Origin: an uncultured Gemmatimonadaceae bacterium
GTDB lineage: Bacteria > Gemmatimonadota > Gemmatimonadetes > Gemmatimonadales > Gemmatimonadaceae
Assembly: GCA_963751275.1 (NCBI GenBank)
Contig: CAVVTZ010000011.1
Location: forward strand, 256,001-320,000
Direction: 5' to 3'
DNA: 64,000 nt
Part shown: one piece after another, positions 34,309 to 45,222 of the stretch
Layout of the letters: every line of letters starts with the position of its first letter
Numbering within the stretch: position 1 is the first letter of the stretch
The notes under the pieces: generated by a model
What the model was told of the DNA's origin: nothing
What the model saw: the letters and a program-made list of their open reading frames with translations, nothing else
Databases searched by the model: none
Position numbers and translations under genes: made by a program

Positions 34309-35286
34309 CTAGCGGCGCGGCGCGCGCACCAACGCTTGGAGCGCCGCGGACAACGCGTTCTCGTCGGAATTCGCCGCAGCATCCGATGACATGCGCAGTT
34401 CGCCGCTGCGGATCCGGCGTGCGATGCGCTCGAGCGCCTCGGCCACCAGGCTGCCGGCGTCGGGCGGCGTCGCCGACGGCAGCGCCCACGGTTCCAGCTC
34501 CTTCAGCGCCTCGAGCTGGGCCGGCGTGCGAATGTCCACGGGCGCGGGCGTGCGGCTCGGCGGACGGGGCGTCACGGAACGCACGCTCTGCGGCGTCTGC
34601 ATGCGCGGCGGCGCCACCTCTTCCACGCGAAGCGCATCCAGGGTGCTCCGGCGGCGCGGAGGCGCATCGGCCACCGGGTCCACGGTGCTCGGCGTGATCG
34701 GGCGCGCACTCTCGGCGGGATCCGGACGCACCGTTGGCGTGAACGCTTCGGCCGCCCAGAAGCTCTCGATCTTCAGCTCGCTCGGAGTCATGCCGGGATT
34801 CTTGGACGGCTCCAGCGACAGTTCCGTCGACTCGAGTTCGATCCCGTCGAATCGCGGCATCTTCCCCGGCTCCGCGTTCGCCTGGAGTCCGGAATTCGCG
34901 TCGTCGTAGGAGATCAGTTGCAGTTCGGTATCGCCGATCGCGGGGCGTTCGCCGGTGATGCGCAGCGCGATCTCCGGCGTCTCGAGGTTCTCGACGTCGA
35001 ACGAGTGGGATTCGCGCTGGGCGGGCGGCGTCGGACGAACCGGCTCCACCGGCGGTGCGGCGGCGACGGGCATTTTGGCCAATGCGGGAGCCGGCGGAGC
35101 GGCGGGCGCGGGCGTCTCTTCCGTCAGCGCGGACGGCGGCACGAAGAGCGGCGTGCTCGGACGGCGCGCGGGTGCAGCGGGCTGCTTGGGTGACTCCCCC
35201 GCGCGCGGCGCGATGAACGGCGGCACGCTGCCGCTGGAACGGCGCGGCGGAGGGACCGGGGTGCTGTCGTCGGGGGGAACGGCCAT
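34309..35286 (-). CDS. Hypothetical Pro-rich, largely disordered protein
   Basis: Intact ORF filling the gap in operon orientation with GGAG before ATG; Pro/Ala/Thr/Glu-rich with helical C-terminus. Confidence 0.65.
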   Translation of the reverse strand: MAVPPDDSTPVPPPRRSSGSVPPFIAPRAGESPKQPAAPARRPSTPLFVPPSALTEETPAPAAPPAPALAKMPVAAAPPVEPVRPTPPAQRESHSFDVENLETPEIALRITGERPAIGDTELQLISYDDANSGLQANAEPGKMPRFDGIELESTELSLEPSKNPGMTPSELKIESFWAAEAFTPTVRPDPAESARPITPSTVDPVADAPPRRRSTLDALRVEEVAPPRMQTPQSVRSVTPRPPSRTPAPVDIRTPAQLEALKELEPWALPSATPPDAGSLVAEALERIARRIRSGELRMSSDAAANSDENALSAALQALVRAPRR

Positions 35287-35325
35287 CGACTCTCCGATCA
35301 AGGAGGAGCGGCGCGCAGCGGCGAC

Positions 35326-35976
35326 CTAATTGGCGGGCCAGCCATGGGCGCCCACAAGCGGGACGAACCGCACGGGCCCGATGTCACGACGCTCGAACAC
35401 CGCCCCGCGTCTCGTGACCACGGTGAGAATTTGCTCATCTTTCGTGCCCAGCGGAATGAGCATCCGTCCCCCTTCCGCGAGCTGTTCCGCGAGCGGCGCC
35501 GGGATCTGCGGCGAGCCGGCGGAGACGAGGATCGCGTCGTAGGGCGCGTAGTCGCGCCAGCCGAGCGTGCCGTCGCCCGAGAGGAGCGAAACGTTGTTCA
35601 CGCCGGCGGCCTTGAGAATGGTGCGCGCGGAATCGGCGAGCGCACCCACCCGCTCCATCGTGAAGACCTGCGCGGCCAAGTGCGCCAGCAGCACGGTCTG
35701 ATATCCGGAGCCCGTGCCGATCTCGAGCACGCGCTCCTTCCCCGTGAGCTTGAGCTGTTCGAGATAACGCGCGTGGATGGACGGCTGCGAGATCGTCTGT
35801 CCGTTGCCGATCGGGAGCGCGGTGTCCTCGTACGCGCGATGGCGCATGCCGGTGGGCACGAACAGGTGCCGCGGAGTGAGATCGAACGCGCGCAGCACGC
35901 TCAAGTCGCGGATGCCGCCGGCCTGGAGCGTCTCCACGAGGCGCCGCCTCGCCCCGCCGAATTGCTGCGTGCTCAT
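35326..35976 (-). CDS. pcm: Protein-L-isoaspartate O-methyltransferase
   Basis: [56 protein letters not shown]. Confidence 0.95.
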   Translation of the reverse strand: MSTQQFGGARRRLVETLQAGGIRDLSVLRAFDLTPRHLFVPTGMRHRAYEDTALPIGNGQTISQPSIHARYLEQLKLTGKERVLEIGTGSGYQTVLLAHLAAQVFTMERVGALADSARTILKAAGVNNVSLLSGDGTLGWRDYAPYDAILVSAGSPQIPAPLAEQLAEGGRMLIPLGTKDEQILTVVTRRGAVFERRDIGPVRFVPLVGAHGWPAN

Positions 35977-36735
35977 GGTTCGCGCCACCAGGTGGAGGGA
36001 TCGTCCAGCATCTTGATGTGCGTGAGATCGAGCGTGAGCGGCGTCACGGAGATGTAGCCGTCGCGCACCGCGCGAAAATCGGAATCCTCCGGCCCGCTCC
36101 AGCTCGCGCTGCCGCCGCCGATCCAATAGATGTCGCGTCCACGTGGATCCTTGAGCCGCATGAGCGAATCCGAATAGACACGCCGCCCGAGCCGGGTGAG
36201 CCGCACGCCGCGGATCTCGCCGGCGCGGAGCGGCGGCATGTTCACGTTGAGCAGCGTGTCGCGCGGGATCGATTTGAGCGACGTCGAGATGTTTGAGCAG
36301 CGAAGCGAGGACTTCGGTCTGGTCCGCGATCAGATCGGGATCGGCGAGCAGCTCCCCGCCCGCGAAGGAGATCGCGATGGACGGGATGCCGAGCATGACG
36401 CCCTCGGTGGCGGCGGCAACGGTGCCCGAGTACATCACGTCTTCGCCCATGTTGTGGCCGTGGTTCACGCCGCTGAGCACGAAGTCGGGGCGCGACGGCA
36501 TCAGCGCCTCCACCGCGAGCATCACGCAGTCGGTGGGCGTGCCATCCACCTGGAAGCGCCGCTCCCCGCGCGCCACGGCGCGCACGGGATGATGCAGGGT
36601 GAGCGAGTGACTCGTGGCGCTCTGCTCGCGGTCGGGGGCGACGATGGTCACTTCGCCGAGCGTCGAGGCCGCCTTCGCGAGGGTGTCGAGCCCGTGCGCG
36701 AGGATCCCGTCATCGTTCGTGCAGAGGAGGATCAC
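35973..36735 (-). CDS. surE: 5'/3'-nucleotidase SurE (one frameshift near 36285)
   Basis: [68 protein letters not shown]. Confidence 0.93.
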
Positions 36736-37413
36736 GGGTGGAAGGCTCCCGCGCGGTGGCGCCAGATCGCGCGCACGACGCGCGCCGAATCGCGGAGACC
36801 GCGGAAATGGCTCGGCGCGCCGTAGTGCGTGGCGACGGGCACGGCGGCGATGCGGAACCCGGCGCGCGCGGCCGCGATGAGCACCTCGGTCTCGTACTCG
36901 TACCGGTCGCCGAACGCATCCACGCTCTCGAGCAGCGCGCGCCGCATGGCGCGATAGCCCGACTGCGCGTCGGGCACCGGCATGCCGGCGATCGCGCCGA
37001 TCGCGGCGCTGGCGAGCGCGTTGGTCAGACGGCGGCCGGCCGGCATGGACGTGCCGCGCCGCTCGCGCGGAGCCGATGACGAGGTCGCGCCTCGCAGCGA
37101 GCGCCTCCAGCAGCGCGGGGATCGCGGCGGGATCGTGCTGGCCGTCGGCGTCGATCGTGATCACCGCGGCCGCGTCGCGCGCGAGCGCGGCCGCGATGCC
37201 GGCGCGGAGCGCGGCGCCCTTCCCGCGGTTCGCGTCGAAGGCGATGACCAGGTCGCACGCCTTCGTGAGCGCGGCGCGCGTGCCGTCGCGCGAACCGTCA
37301 TCGATGCCGATGAGGAAGAGGTGCGGCGCCGCGGCGCGCACGCCGCGCGCGACCGCGGCCACGGTGCGCTCCGCGTCCAGCGCGGGGATGACGCACGCCG
37401 CGGGCGCGATCAC
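36732..37413 (-). CDS. GT2 glycosyltransferase (frameshift near 37060)
   Basis: [49 protein letters not shown]. Confidence 0.85.
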
Positions 37414-37772
37414 GCCTTGCCGCCCTCGCCGCCAAGGAGCTTGAGCACTTCCTGCAACTCTTCCTCGATCGATTCGATGGTCTGCTGGTCGAGCGCCACC
37501 CGCGCCACCGGGCGCAGCTCCCCCTTGCGGCGATGGTCGTCCACCTTCTGCCGCGCGCCGTCGATCGTGTACTTCTCGGTGTACAGCAGGTGCTTCACGA
37601 GCGTGATCAGTTCGATCTCGCGCCGCTGGTACACGCGGTTGCCCGAGCGGTTCTTGGCCGGGCTGAGGAAGCGGAACTGGCTCTCCCAGTACCGCAGCAC
37701 GTGGGGCTTGAGGTCGGTGAGGTCGCAGACCTCGCCGATGGAGAAGAATTCCTGGACGGGTTCAGCGGTCAT
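37410..37772 (-). CDS. MerR-family transcriptional regulator
   Basis: [50 protein letters not shown]. Confidence 0.92.
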   Translation of the reverse strand: MTAEPVQEFFSIGEVCDLTDLKPHVLRYWESQFRFLSPAKNRSGNRVYQRREIELITLVKHLLYTEKYTIDGARQKVDDHRRKGELRPVARVALDQQTIESIEEELQEVLKLLGGEGGKA

Positions 37773-38771
37773 GTCGTCGCGCTCCGCGCGGAGTTCCCGG
37801 GTCATCAACGCCGCGATCGCATCCCGCGGCGCCTGCTGTTCGAACAGAATGCGATGGACGGCGGCGACGATCGGCATCTCGATCCCCTCGCGCGCCGCGA
37901 GGGCGTGCGCGCTCTGCGTGGTGATCACGCCCTCGGCCACCGTCTCGCGGCCGGACGAGCACCTCGGCGAGCGGCGTGCCCTTCCCGATCTCGAGGCCGA
38001 GCCGCCGGTTGCGGCTCAGCGCGCCGGTGCACGTGAGCACGAGGTCGCCCATCCCGGCGAGTCCCGCGAAGGTGAGCGGCGACGCGCCCAAGGCGACGCC
38101 GAGGCGCGCGATCTCCGCGAGGCCGCGCGTGATGAGCGCGGCCCGCGGATTGAATCCCAGACCGAGCCCCTCGACGATGCCGGTGGCGATCGCGATCACG
38201 TTCTTCAAGGCGCCGCCCAGCTCGACGCCGGTCACATCGTCGCTGGTGTAGACGCGGAACCGGTCGGAGCTGAGCGCGCGCTGGGCGCGGCGTGCCGCAT
38301 CGATGTCCGCGGACGCGGCGACGACGGCGGTCGGCTGGCCGGCGGCGACCTCGGCGGCGAAGCTCGGACCGGAGAGCGCGACCACGGCGCGTCCCTGCGA
38401 GCTCCTGCAGCGCAACCTCGGTCATGAGCGCGAGCGTGTCGCGCTCGATCCCCTTCGTCGCGACCACGACGGTCGCGTCGGCGCTCACCCCGGCGGCCGA
38501 TGTCTTCATCACGCCGCGCAGGACGTGCGACGGCGTGACGTACACGACGAGCTCCGCGCCGCGCGCCGCCGCCGCAGCGTCGTTCGTCGCGCGGAGCGCG
38601 GCGTGCAGCGGCACGCCGGGCAGGAAGCGGGCATTCTCGTGGCGCGCGTTCACGCTCTCCACCACGTCGGCCTCGTGCGCCCACAGCGCCGTCTCGTGGC
38701 CCGGCGCGCGCCAGCAGATCGGCGAGCGCGGTGCCCCAGGCCCCCGCCCCGATCACGGCGCAGCGCGTCAT
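37769..38771 (-). CDS. gpsA: NAD(P)H-dependent glycerol-3-phosphate dehydrogenase (frameshifted)
   Basis: [56 protein letters not shown]. Confidence 0.93.
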
Positions 38772-39385
38772 CGCCGCGGCCCGCGCCGCGCAGCCGCGAC
38801 TCCGTGCCGGCGCGCAGGCGCTGGATGTTCGCGCGGTGCGTCCAGATCAGCACGACCGCCATGACCGCCGCGACGACACCCGCCGGTCCTGCGGCGCCGT
38901 ACCAGATCAGCCGATCGCCAGCGGGAAGTGACGCCGCCGCGCAGATCGATGCCAAGCGACACGTATGCGCGTCAGCGCGAACGACCGCGATCCACACGAC
39001 TGAGCGCGAGCACCATGGGCACCGGCACGAGGGCGAGGAACACGCCGGTGGCCGTCGCCACGCCCTTCCCCCTCCTTTCCCGACGCAGGAACACCGGCCG
39101 CACGTGGCCAAGGAACGCCGCCGCGCCGTAGATCATGGGCGCGCAACGGAACGGCGCGCGCGGAAGCGGGAAGAACAGCACCGGCACCGCGCCCTTCGCG
39201 ACATCGAACAGGAACACCGCGAGCGCCGCCTTGATACCGAGCACGCGGTAGACGTTCGTGGCGCCGAGGTTGCCCGAACCGAATGCGCGGAGATCGATGC
39301 CCGCGCAGCCACTTGCCGGCGAGATACGCGGCCGGGATCGAGCCGATCAGATACGCGACCGCAGACCCAGGCGAGCATCATCCAT
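38768..39385 (-). CDS. plsY: Glycerol-3-phosphate acyltransferase PlsY (frameshifted; start approximate)
   Basis: YLIGSIP, GSGNLGATNVYR, DVAKG, AFLGH, KGVAT, HRANIQRL..GTE. Confidence 0.88.
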
Positions 39386-39386
39386 C

Positions 39387-40703
39387 CTATGCGGCCACGG
39401 CTCCTGAGCACGATGCGCAGCGGCGTGCCCTTGAACCCCCACGCCTCGCGGAATCCGTTGTGCAGGTACCGCACGTAATGCTCGGCCACGAGATCGGGAT
39501 GGTTCCCGAAGACTGCGAACGTGGGCGGCGCCACGTTCACCTGCGTCGCGTAGATCAGCTTCACTTCACGCCCCGCGGCCTGCGGCGGCTGGAGCCGCGC
39601 GACCAGCTGCTCGAGCGCGTCGTTCACCTGCGACGTCGTGATCCGCTTGCTGCCGCTCGGCGTCCACCTCGCAGCACGAGATCGAGCAGCTTCGTCACGC
39701 GCTGGCCGGTCAGGGCCGACGCGAAGAGGAACGGCACGAACGCGAGGTACGGCGCCTTCTCCGCGGCCTCCTTCACGAACTTCGCGGACGTCTTGTCGCC
39801 CTTCTCTTCCTTGATGTCCCACTTGTTCACGACGACGATCAGCCCGCAGCCGTTCTCCCACGCCATCGTCGCGATCTTGAGGTCCTGGTTCTGCGAGGCC
39901 GGTGGTCGCATCGACCACGAGCACGCAGATGTCCGCGCGGTCGATCGCGCGACGGGTGCGGAGCGACGAGTAGAACTCGATGCCGTCCTCGACCTTCGAC
40001 TGGCGGCGCAGGCCCGCCGTGTCGACGAAGATGAATTCGCGGCCATGGAAATTGAGCGGCGTGTCGATCGCGTCGCGCGTGGTGCCGGCGACGTCGCTCA
40101 CGACGAGCCGCTCCTCGCCCAGCAGGCGGTTCACGATCGACGACTTGCCGACATTCGGCCGGCCGACGACGGCGACGCGCACCGACTCCGGCGCGATCGG
40201 CATGCCTTCGGGCAGCTTCTCCACGATCACGTCGAGCAGGTCGCCCGAGTTCTTGCCGTTCTGCGCGGACACCGGCACGCGGGTCGCCGGCGCCGAGATC
40301 GTAGAACTCGTAGAAGTCCGTCGTGCGCGGATCGTCGACCTTGTTCGCCACGAGGATCCACGGCTTGCGCGCGTCGCGCAGGATCTCGACGATCCGGTCG
40401 TCCTGCGGGTGCAGCCCCGTGTCGCGTCGACGACGAGCAGCAGCATGTCCGCCTCGGCGATCGCCTGCGCGACCTGCCGGCGGATCTCGAGGTCCATCGG
40501 AATGTGCGGATCGTCGGCGAGCCCGCCGGTGTCCACGAGCCAGAAGGCGCGGCCGTTCCAGTGCGCGCGGCCGAAGTGGCGGTCGCGGGTGGTGCCCGGC
40601 TCATCGCTCACGATGGCGGCGTCGGTCGCCGACGATGCGGTTGAAGAGCGTGCGACTTGCCGACGTTGGGCCGGCCGATGATGGCGACGACGGGGATGGA
40701 CAT
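39387..40703 (-). CDS. der: Ribosome biogenesis GTPase Der/EngA (frameshifted)
   Basis: Two GTPase domains: GRPNVGKS twice, GTTRD twice, DTGG/DTAG, NKVD/NKWD; C-terminal GFKGTPLRI. Confidence 0.95.
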
Positions 40704-40745
40704 GCTAACGGCGGACCTCGGCTGTCGACTGTCGACTGGCGGTGC

Positions 40746-42034
40746 CTACCGGCTCCGGAGCACGTCGATGAAATCGTACGAGGCGAAGACCGGGCAGCGG
40801 GAGCGCATCACGGACGGAGGCGAACGAGACGTCGTCCAGGAAGAGGCCGTCGTCGTTGATCGTCTCGGCGGGGATCAGGGCCATGTCGAAGATCGGCGCG
40901 GCGCCCGAGGGCGCGCCGGATGTCGGCACCGACGAGCAGGCCGGCGGTGGTCGTGGTGGGGCCGAAGAGCGAGTTCTCCATCGCGATCAGCTCGAAGCGC
41001 GCGCCGGTGGCCGCGGCGAGCTGCGCGAGCAGCGGCGGCATGATCGCGGCGCCCATCGCGGTGCCGGTGACGACACCGATGCGCCGGCCGTCGAGGCGCG
41101 GCAGCGCGCCGAGTCCGTCGGCGATGCGCTCGCGCAGCGCGCGTCACCGCCCCGACACCGTTCTCGATCTGCGGGAAAGTCGCCGTAGAACGACGGCGGC
41201 GGGCAGCGCGACGCCCGGCGAGCAGGTACAGCTCGTCGGAACCGTACACCCAGCGCTCGCCGCGCTGCGGCCGAGCGCGCGCGACGCCCAGCGGTCGACG
41301 TGATCGAGCAGCGCGCCGCAGGCCGCCGCGTCCATCGACTCGCCCGGTGTACAGGTGCGAGAACTGCGTGAGCCCGACCGGCACGAGCGCCACGGTGAGC
41401 ACCGCGTCGCCGAGCGCCCAGAGGTCGGAGAAGCGACTGCTCGAGCACCTCGCCGTCGTTGAGCCCGGGCACGATCACCATCTGGCGCGTGGAACTGGAT
41501 CCCGCCCTCCGCGAGCGTCGTCGAGCTGCTCGACGATGTTCGGGCACGCGCGGATTGTTCAGCAGCACTCTTCCGCGCGTCCCACGGCGTCGCGTGCACC
41601 GACACGTACAGCGGCGACAGGCGGTACTCGAGGATCCGCGCGACGTCGCGCTCCTTCACGTTCGAGAGCGTCGCGAAGTTCCCGTAGGCGAAGGAGAGGC
41701 GGTAGTCGTCGTCGCGGATGTACAGCGAGCGGCGCAGGCCCGTCGGGAAGTCCCTCGACGAAGCAGAACTCGCAGCGGTTGGCGCAGCGCCGGATCGTGG
41801 GCGGCTCGAGCTCGACGCCGAGCGGCTCGCTCGTCGGGGCGTTCGATGTCGAAGACGATCTCCTCCCCGCCCGGCAGCGCGGGCCTCGATCGTGAGCGCG
41901 TCGTCGGCGGTGAGGAACTCCCAGTCGAGGAAGTCGTCGAGCTCCCGCCCGTTCACCGAATGGAGCTCGGTGCCCGGGACGATGCCCAGTTCCTGGGCGA
42001 TGGAGTTAGGGAGAACGCGGCTGACGCGAACCAT
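40746..42034 (-). CDS. DUF512 family PDZ + radical SAM-like Fe-S protein (frameshifted)
   Basis: N-terminal PDZ-like (V.PNSIA.ELGI.PG..L.SVNG), RCANRCEFC, LYIRDDDYRLSF.YGNF.TL, LSPLY.SVHAT, VPVGLT, DELY, QIENGVG, GLFLDD. Confidence 0.85.
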
Positions 42035-42138
42035 GTGGGCTATCCGTGCGCGAAGGGGAAGATCGGAAAGCGCGATCTCCCCCTCTGGAATCGAGCGTTG
42101 ACTTGGCGCCGCGCAATAATGCTGCGGAGACATGAAGT

Positions 42139-42167
42139 ATTCTAAGAGGTAAATGCCCCGAAATCAA
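42139..42167 (-). promoter_or_regulatory. Putative sigma70-type promoter for DUF512-der-plsY-gpsA operon
   Basis: Minus strand TTGATT, 17-nt spacer, TAGAAT. Confidence 0.6.
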
Positions 42168-42214
42168 GACAGGATAGCAACTTCGACGTTGCCTGCTCGA
42201 ACTGGCGGCAGATG

Positions 42215-42248
42215 AAAAAACGGCTCGCCGGGCATCCGGCGAGCCGTT
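42215..42248 (-). terminator. Rho-independent terminator
   Basis: Stem AACGGCTCGCCG/CGGCGAGCCGTT followed on the minus strand by a 6-T tract, just downstream of the 42271 stop. Confidence 0.85.
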
Positions 42249-42270
42249 CGTTCCGCATCACCGCGAGCCG

Positions 42271-43944
42271 CTAGGGGATCGGCGCGTACCGGTAGCCGAC
42301 GATCTTGTCGCCGTCGGCCGAGAGGCTGAACTTGGTCTGTTCGCCGGCCGTGGCGGTGACCGTGGTGCTCTGCGAAGTCACGACCGCGCCGGCCTGGTCC
42401 AGGAAGTCCATCTTGATCGTGACCTGCTTGGGCGCCATGGCGCTCGCGGCAGGCGCCGGAGCGGGTTTCGCGCCCTTGGCCGCTCCCTTCTTCGCGGGCT
42501 TGGCGGCCTGCGTCGCCGGATTGTTGTCTACGAGCTCCACGTAGCCGCCCGCGAGCCGCTTGCTGCCGTCCATGCTGAATTCCGAAATGCGCACATGCAC
42601 GGTGTTCTTCTGGCCGGCGTTATACGCGATGAGCAGCGAGTCCTTGTACGCCTGCTTCTTCGCGGGCGCCGTGGCCGCCGCCGCCGCGCCCTGATAACCG
42701 AGCGCGAGCAGGTCCCAGTCATCCTGGCTGTTCGGCGCGATCTGCGTGAGCCGAACCGCCACGGGCACCAGCTTGGTGAATTCCTTGGCCTTCAGGTATA
42801 CGCCCGCCGCGTTGCCGAGGCCGGCGCTCCATGGGCTGTATGCGACGGCCTTGTCGGCGAGCTGAACGGCGAGCGGCATCGCATCCATGTCCGATGCTTC
42901 GCGGGCTGCATTGTACCACCACAAGTCGGTGCACGGCTTGGCGTCGGTGGTCATGGTGGTCAGCTGGGTGCGCATGCCCGCGGTGTCGTTCGTGGCGGTC
43001 AGCGCGCTGAACAGGCTCGTCTCCGCATTCTCGGAGAAGCGGCCGCACGGATAGTCCTTCAGGTTCTTCGCGAGCAGCGTCGCGGCGCGCTTGTACGCGG
43101 CGGCCTGGTCCGCGCCCGTCGCGACCATGGCGGCCTTCTCCGCGGAGTAGCCCGCGAAGAAGCTGCTGTATTCGGCGATCCCCGGCAGATCCTGGTTCGT
43201 CGCGAGCATCGGCGTGGCCAGCGTCACCGCCTGCTCGAACGAGGTGCTCGCCGCCGCGAACTGGTCGCGCCGGTATTCGATCTGTCCCTTGAAGTAGTAC
43301 GAGAAGGGCGAGCCGCGGTAGATGATCAGCGACTGGTCGAGGAGCTTCGAGGCCGAGTCGATGTTATTCGCGTTGATGAGCGGGCCCACCTTGGTGATGT
43401 ACGGCCCCCACGCCTCCTTGCGGTAATCGTCGGTCTCGCCCTGGCATTTCGGATATTGCTTCTCGACGTTCGAGAAGAGGGAGTCGGCAGCGCGCAGCAG
43501 ATCGATGGTCTGGTCCTTGTCGGTGGAGAAGCCGAGCTCGCCCTTCTTCATGACCGGCGTCGTGCCCGGCACCCGCGTCCACATGACCAGCGATTGGCCG
43601 AGCACGAACTCCTGCCCCATCGGATTCTTGGTATAGCGATCGGGTTTGTTCGTGACTTTCGCGACGGCCTTGCCAAGATATTCCTTGGCCTTGCCGGGGT
43701 TCGCCGCCTGCATTTGCGCGAACGCGAGCTGCGACGCGGCATCCTTCACTTCATCCGGCGTGTCGAGGACGAGCTTGCAGGAGTCCTGCGTCTCGAGCTT
43801 GACCGTGGGGCCGGCGGCCTTCTTGGGGGTCGACGGGCCCGCGCTGTCCAGCTTCACGCGATCGTTATGCAGCTGCGCCGACGCCGACGTGGCCGCGACG
43901 GCGAGCGCGATGAACGCGGCGCCCAAGTGTCGGGTAGCGAACAT
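42271..43944 (-). CDS. Hypothetical exported TPR-like protein
   Basis: Intact 557 aa, AGGAGA RBS, signal peptide (AVAATSASAQ), TPR-like helices, Lys/Ala/Pro insert and beta-rich C-terminal domain. Confidence 0.75.
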   Translation of the reverse strand: MFATRHLGAAFIALAVAATSASAQLHNDRVKLDSAGPSTPKKAAGPTVKLETQDSCKLVLDTPDEVKDAASQLAFAQMQAANPGKAKEYLGKAVAKVTNKPDRYTKNPMGQEFVLGQSLVMWTRVPGTTPVMKKGELGFSTDKDQTIDLLRAADSLFSNVEKQYPKCQGETDDYRKEAWGPYITKVGPLINANNIDSASKLLDQSLIIYRGSPFSYYFKGQIEYRRDQFAAASTSFEQAVTLATPMLATNQDLPGIAEYSSFFAGYSAEKAAMVATGADQAAAYKRAATLLAKNLKDYPCGRFSENAETSLFSALTATNDTAGMRTQLTTMTTDAKPCTDLWWYNAAREASDMDAMPLAVQLADKAVAYSPWSAGLGNAAGVYLKAKEFTKLVPVAVRLTQIAPNSQDDWDLLALGYQGAAAAATAPAKKQAYKDSLLIAYNAGQKNTVHVRISEFSMDGSKRLAGGYVELVDNNPATQAAKPAKKGAAKGAKPAPAPAASAMAPKQVTIKMDFLDQAGAVVTSQSTTVTATAGEQTKFSLSADGDKIVGYRYAPIP

Positions 43945-43947
43945 TGA

Positions 43948-45187
43948 CTAGTCTCCTGAGTGTTGGTGATGGGGCGGGACCTGCCCCGCCCCGATCGATT
44001 CGAGCAGCGATCGGGCAGCGACGTTCCACGGCCGCGCGAGCAAGGGCCTGCACCTCGCGCAGCGGGCGGCCGCTTGCGGCGGCCACGCTCGCCAGGTCTT
44101 CATACTCCGCTTTCCCCCGGAAGATACCAGCCGGAGTCATGACGAACTTGGCGCGGACATCGCGCCCGAGCACCTGCACCACGCGTTCCTCGCGCGGCAA
44201 GGCGTGCCGTTCCACCGGCGTCCGGCGGACGCCGATCGCGGAGGTCTGCGTGAAGAGTGCATTCTCCAGCGGGCCGGCGAGCGCCCCGGTGCACAGGACA
44301 TTGACGCGCACGCCGGGCCGCCCCTTCTTCATGACGGTGGGCAAGAGTACGACGTCCAGCGCACCGGCCGCGCGCAGCGCCTCCGCCGCAGCGGCGAGCG
44401 ACTCGCCATCCATGTCATCGATGTCGGTGCTGAGCAGCACGAGCTGCTCCACCAGCAACGCTTCGCTGGATGCCGGTTCGGCCAGGATCAAGCGGAGCGC
44501 GTTGGGGCGGCCGTGTGGATCGCGCGTCCCCGCCCCGAAGCCGCTGCGCGCCGGCACGTACGACGCCGGCGGCGGGCCGCTTGAGAGCACGCGCACGAGC
44601 GCGGCGCCGGTGGGCGTCACGAGTTCGCCGGCGCCGTCGGGGCCCGGACGGATCACGTGCCCCTCGAGGAGCCGGAGCGTCGCGGGCGCGGGCACCGGGA
44701 GCACGCCGTGCGCCGCCTGCACGCTGCCGTCGCCCACCGTGATCGCGCCGCAGTAGACCGTGCCGATGCCGAGCTGCTCTACGCCCCACACCGCGCCCAC
44801 GACGTCGAGGATCGCATCCACCGCCCCAACCTCGTGGAGGTGGACCTTTTCCGGCGACACCCCGTGGATCGTGCCTTCGACTTCCGCGATCGCCTCGAAG
44901 GCCGCCAGCGCCCGCGCGGCGACGCGCGGCGGCAGCGCCGCCCGCTCGACGATGGCGCGGATCTCCTTCATGTGGCGCCCGTGCGGCTGCGGCGGGATGT
45001 CGAAATCCACTTTCGCGCACGAGATCCCCGCGCGCTGCACGCGCTCGATCCGCACGGTCACGCCGTCGAGCCCGAGACGGGCCGGCAGCGCGCGCAGCCA
45101 GGCGGCATCGAGGCCGGCGTCGATCAACGCGCCGAGCATCATGTCGCCGGAGATGCCGCTGAACGGATCCAGGATGGCGATCTTCAT
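43948..45187 (-). CDS. larC: Nickel-pincer cofactor nickel-insertion protein LarC (3' end uncertain; as assembled the frame runs to 43865)
   Basis: LDPFSGISGDMMLGAL, VHLHEVGAVDAILDV, AHGVLPVPAPAT, ELVTPTGAAL, IDDM, MKKGRPG, EYED. Confidence 0.9.
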
Positions 45188-45222
45188 AGCACAGAAACTT
45201 ATCGCCGAAACCGTGCTCCGTG

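Noticed and set aside
42098..42120. Plus-strand TTGACT...AATAAT promoter
   Set aside because: Spacer is only 11 nt and no plus-strand gene follows; the minus-strand promoter fits better.
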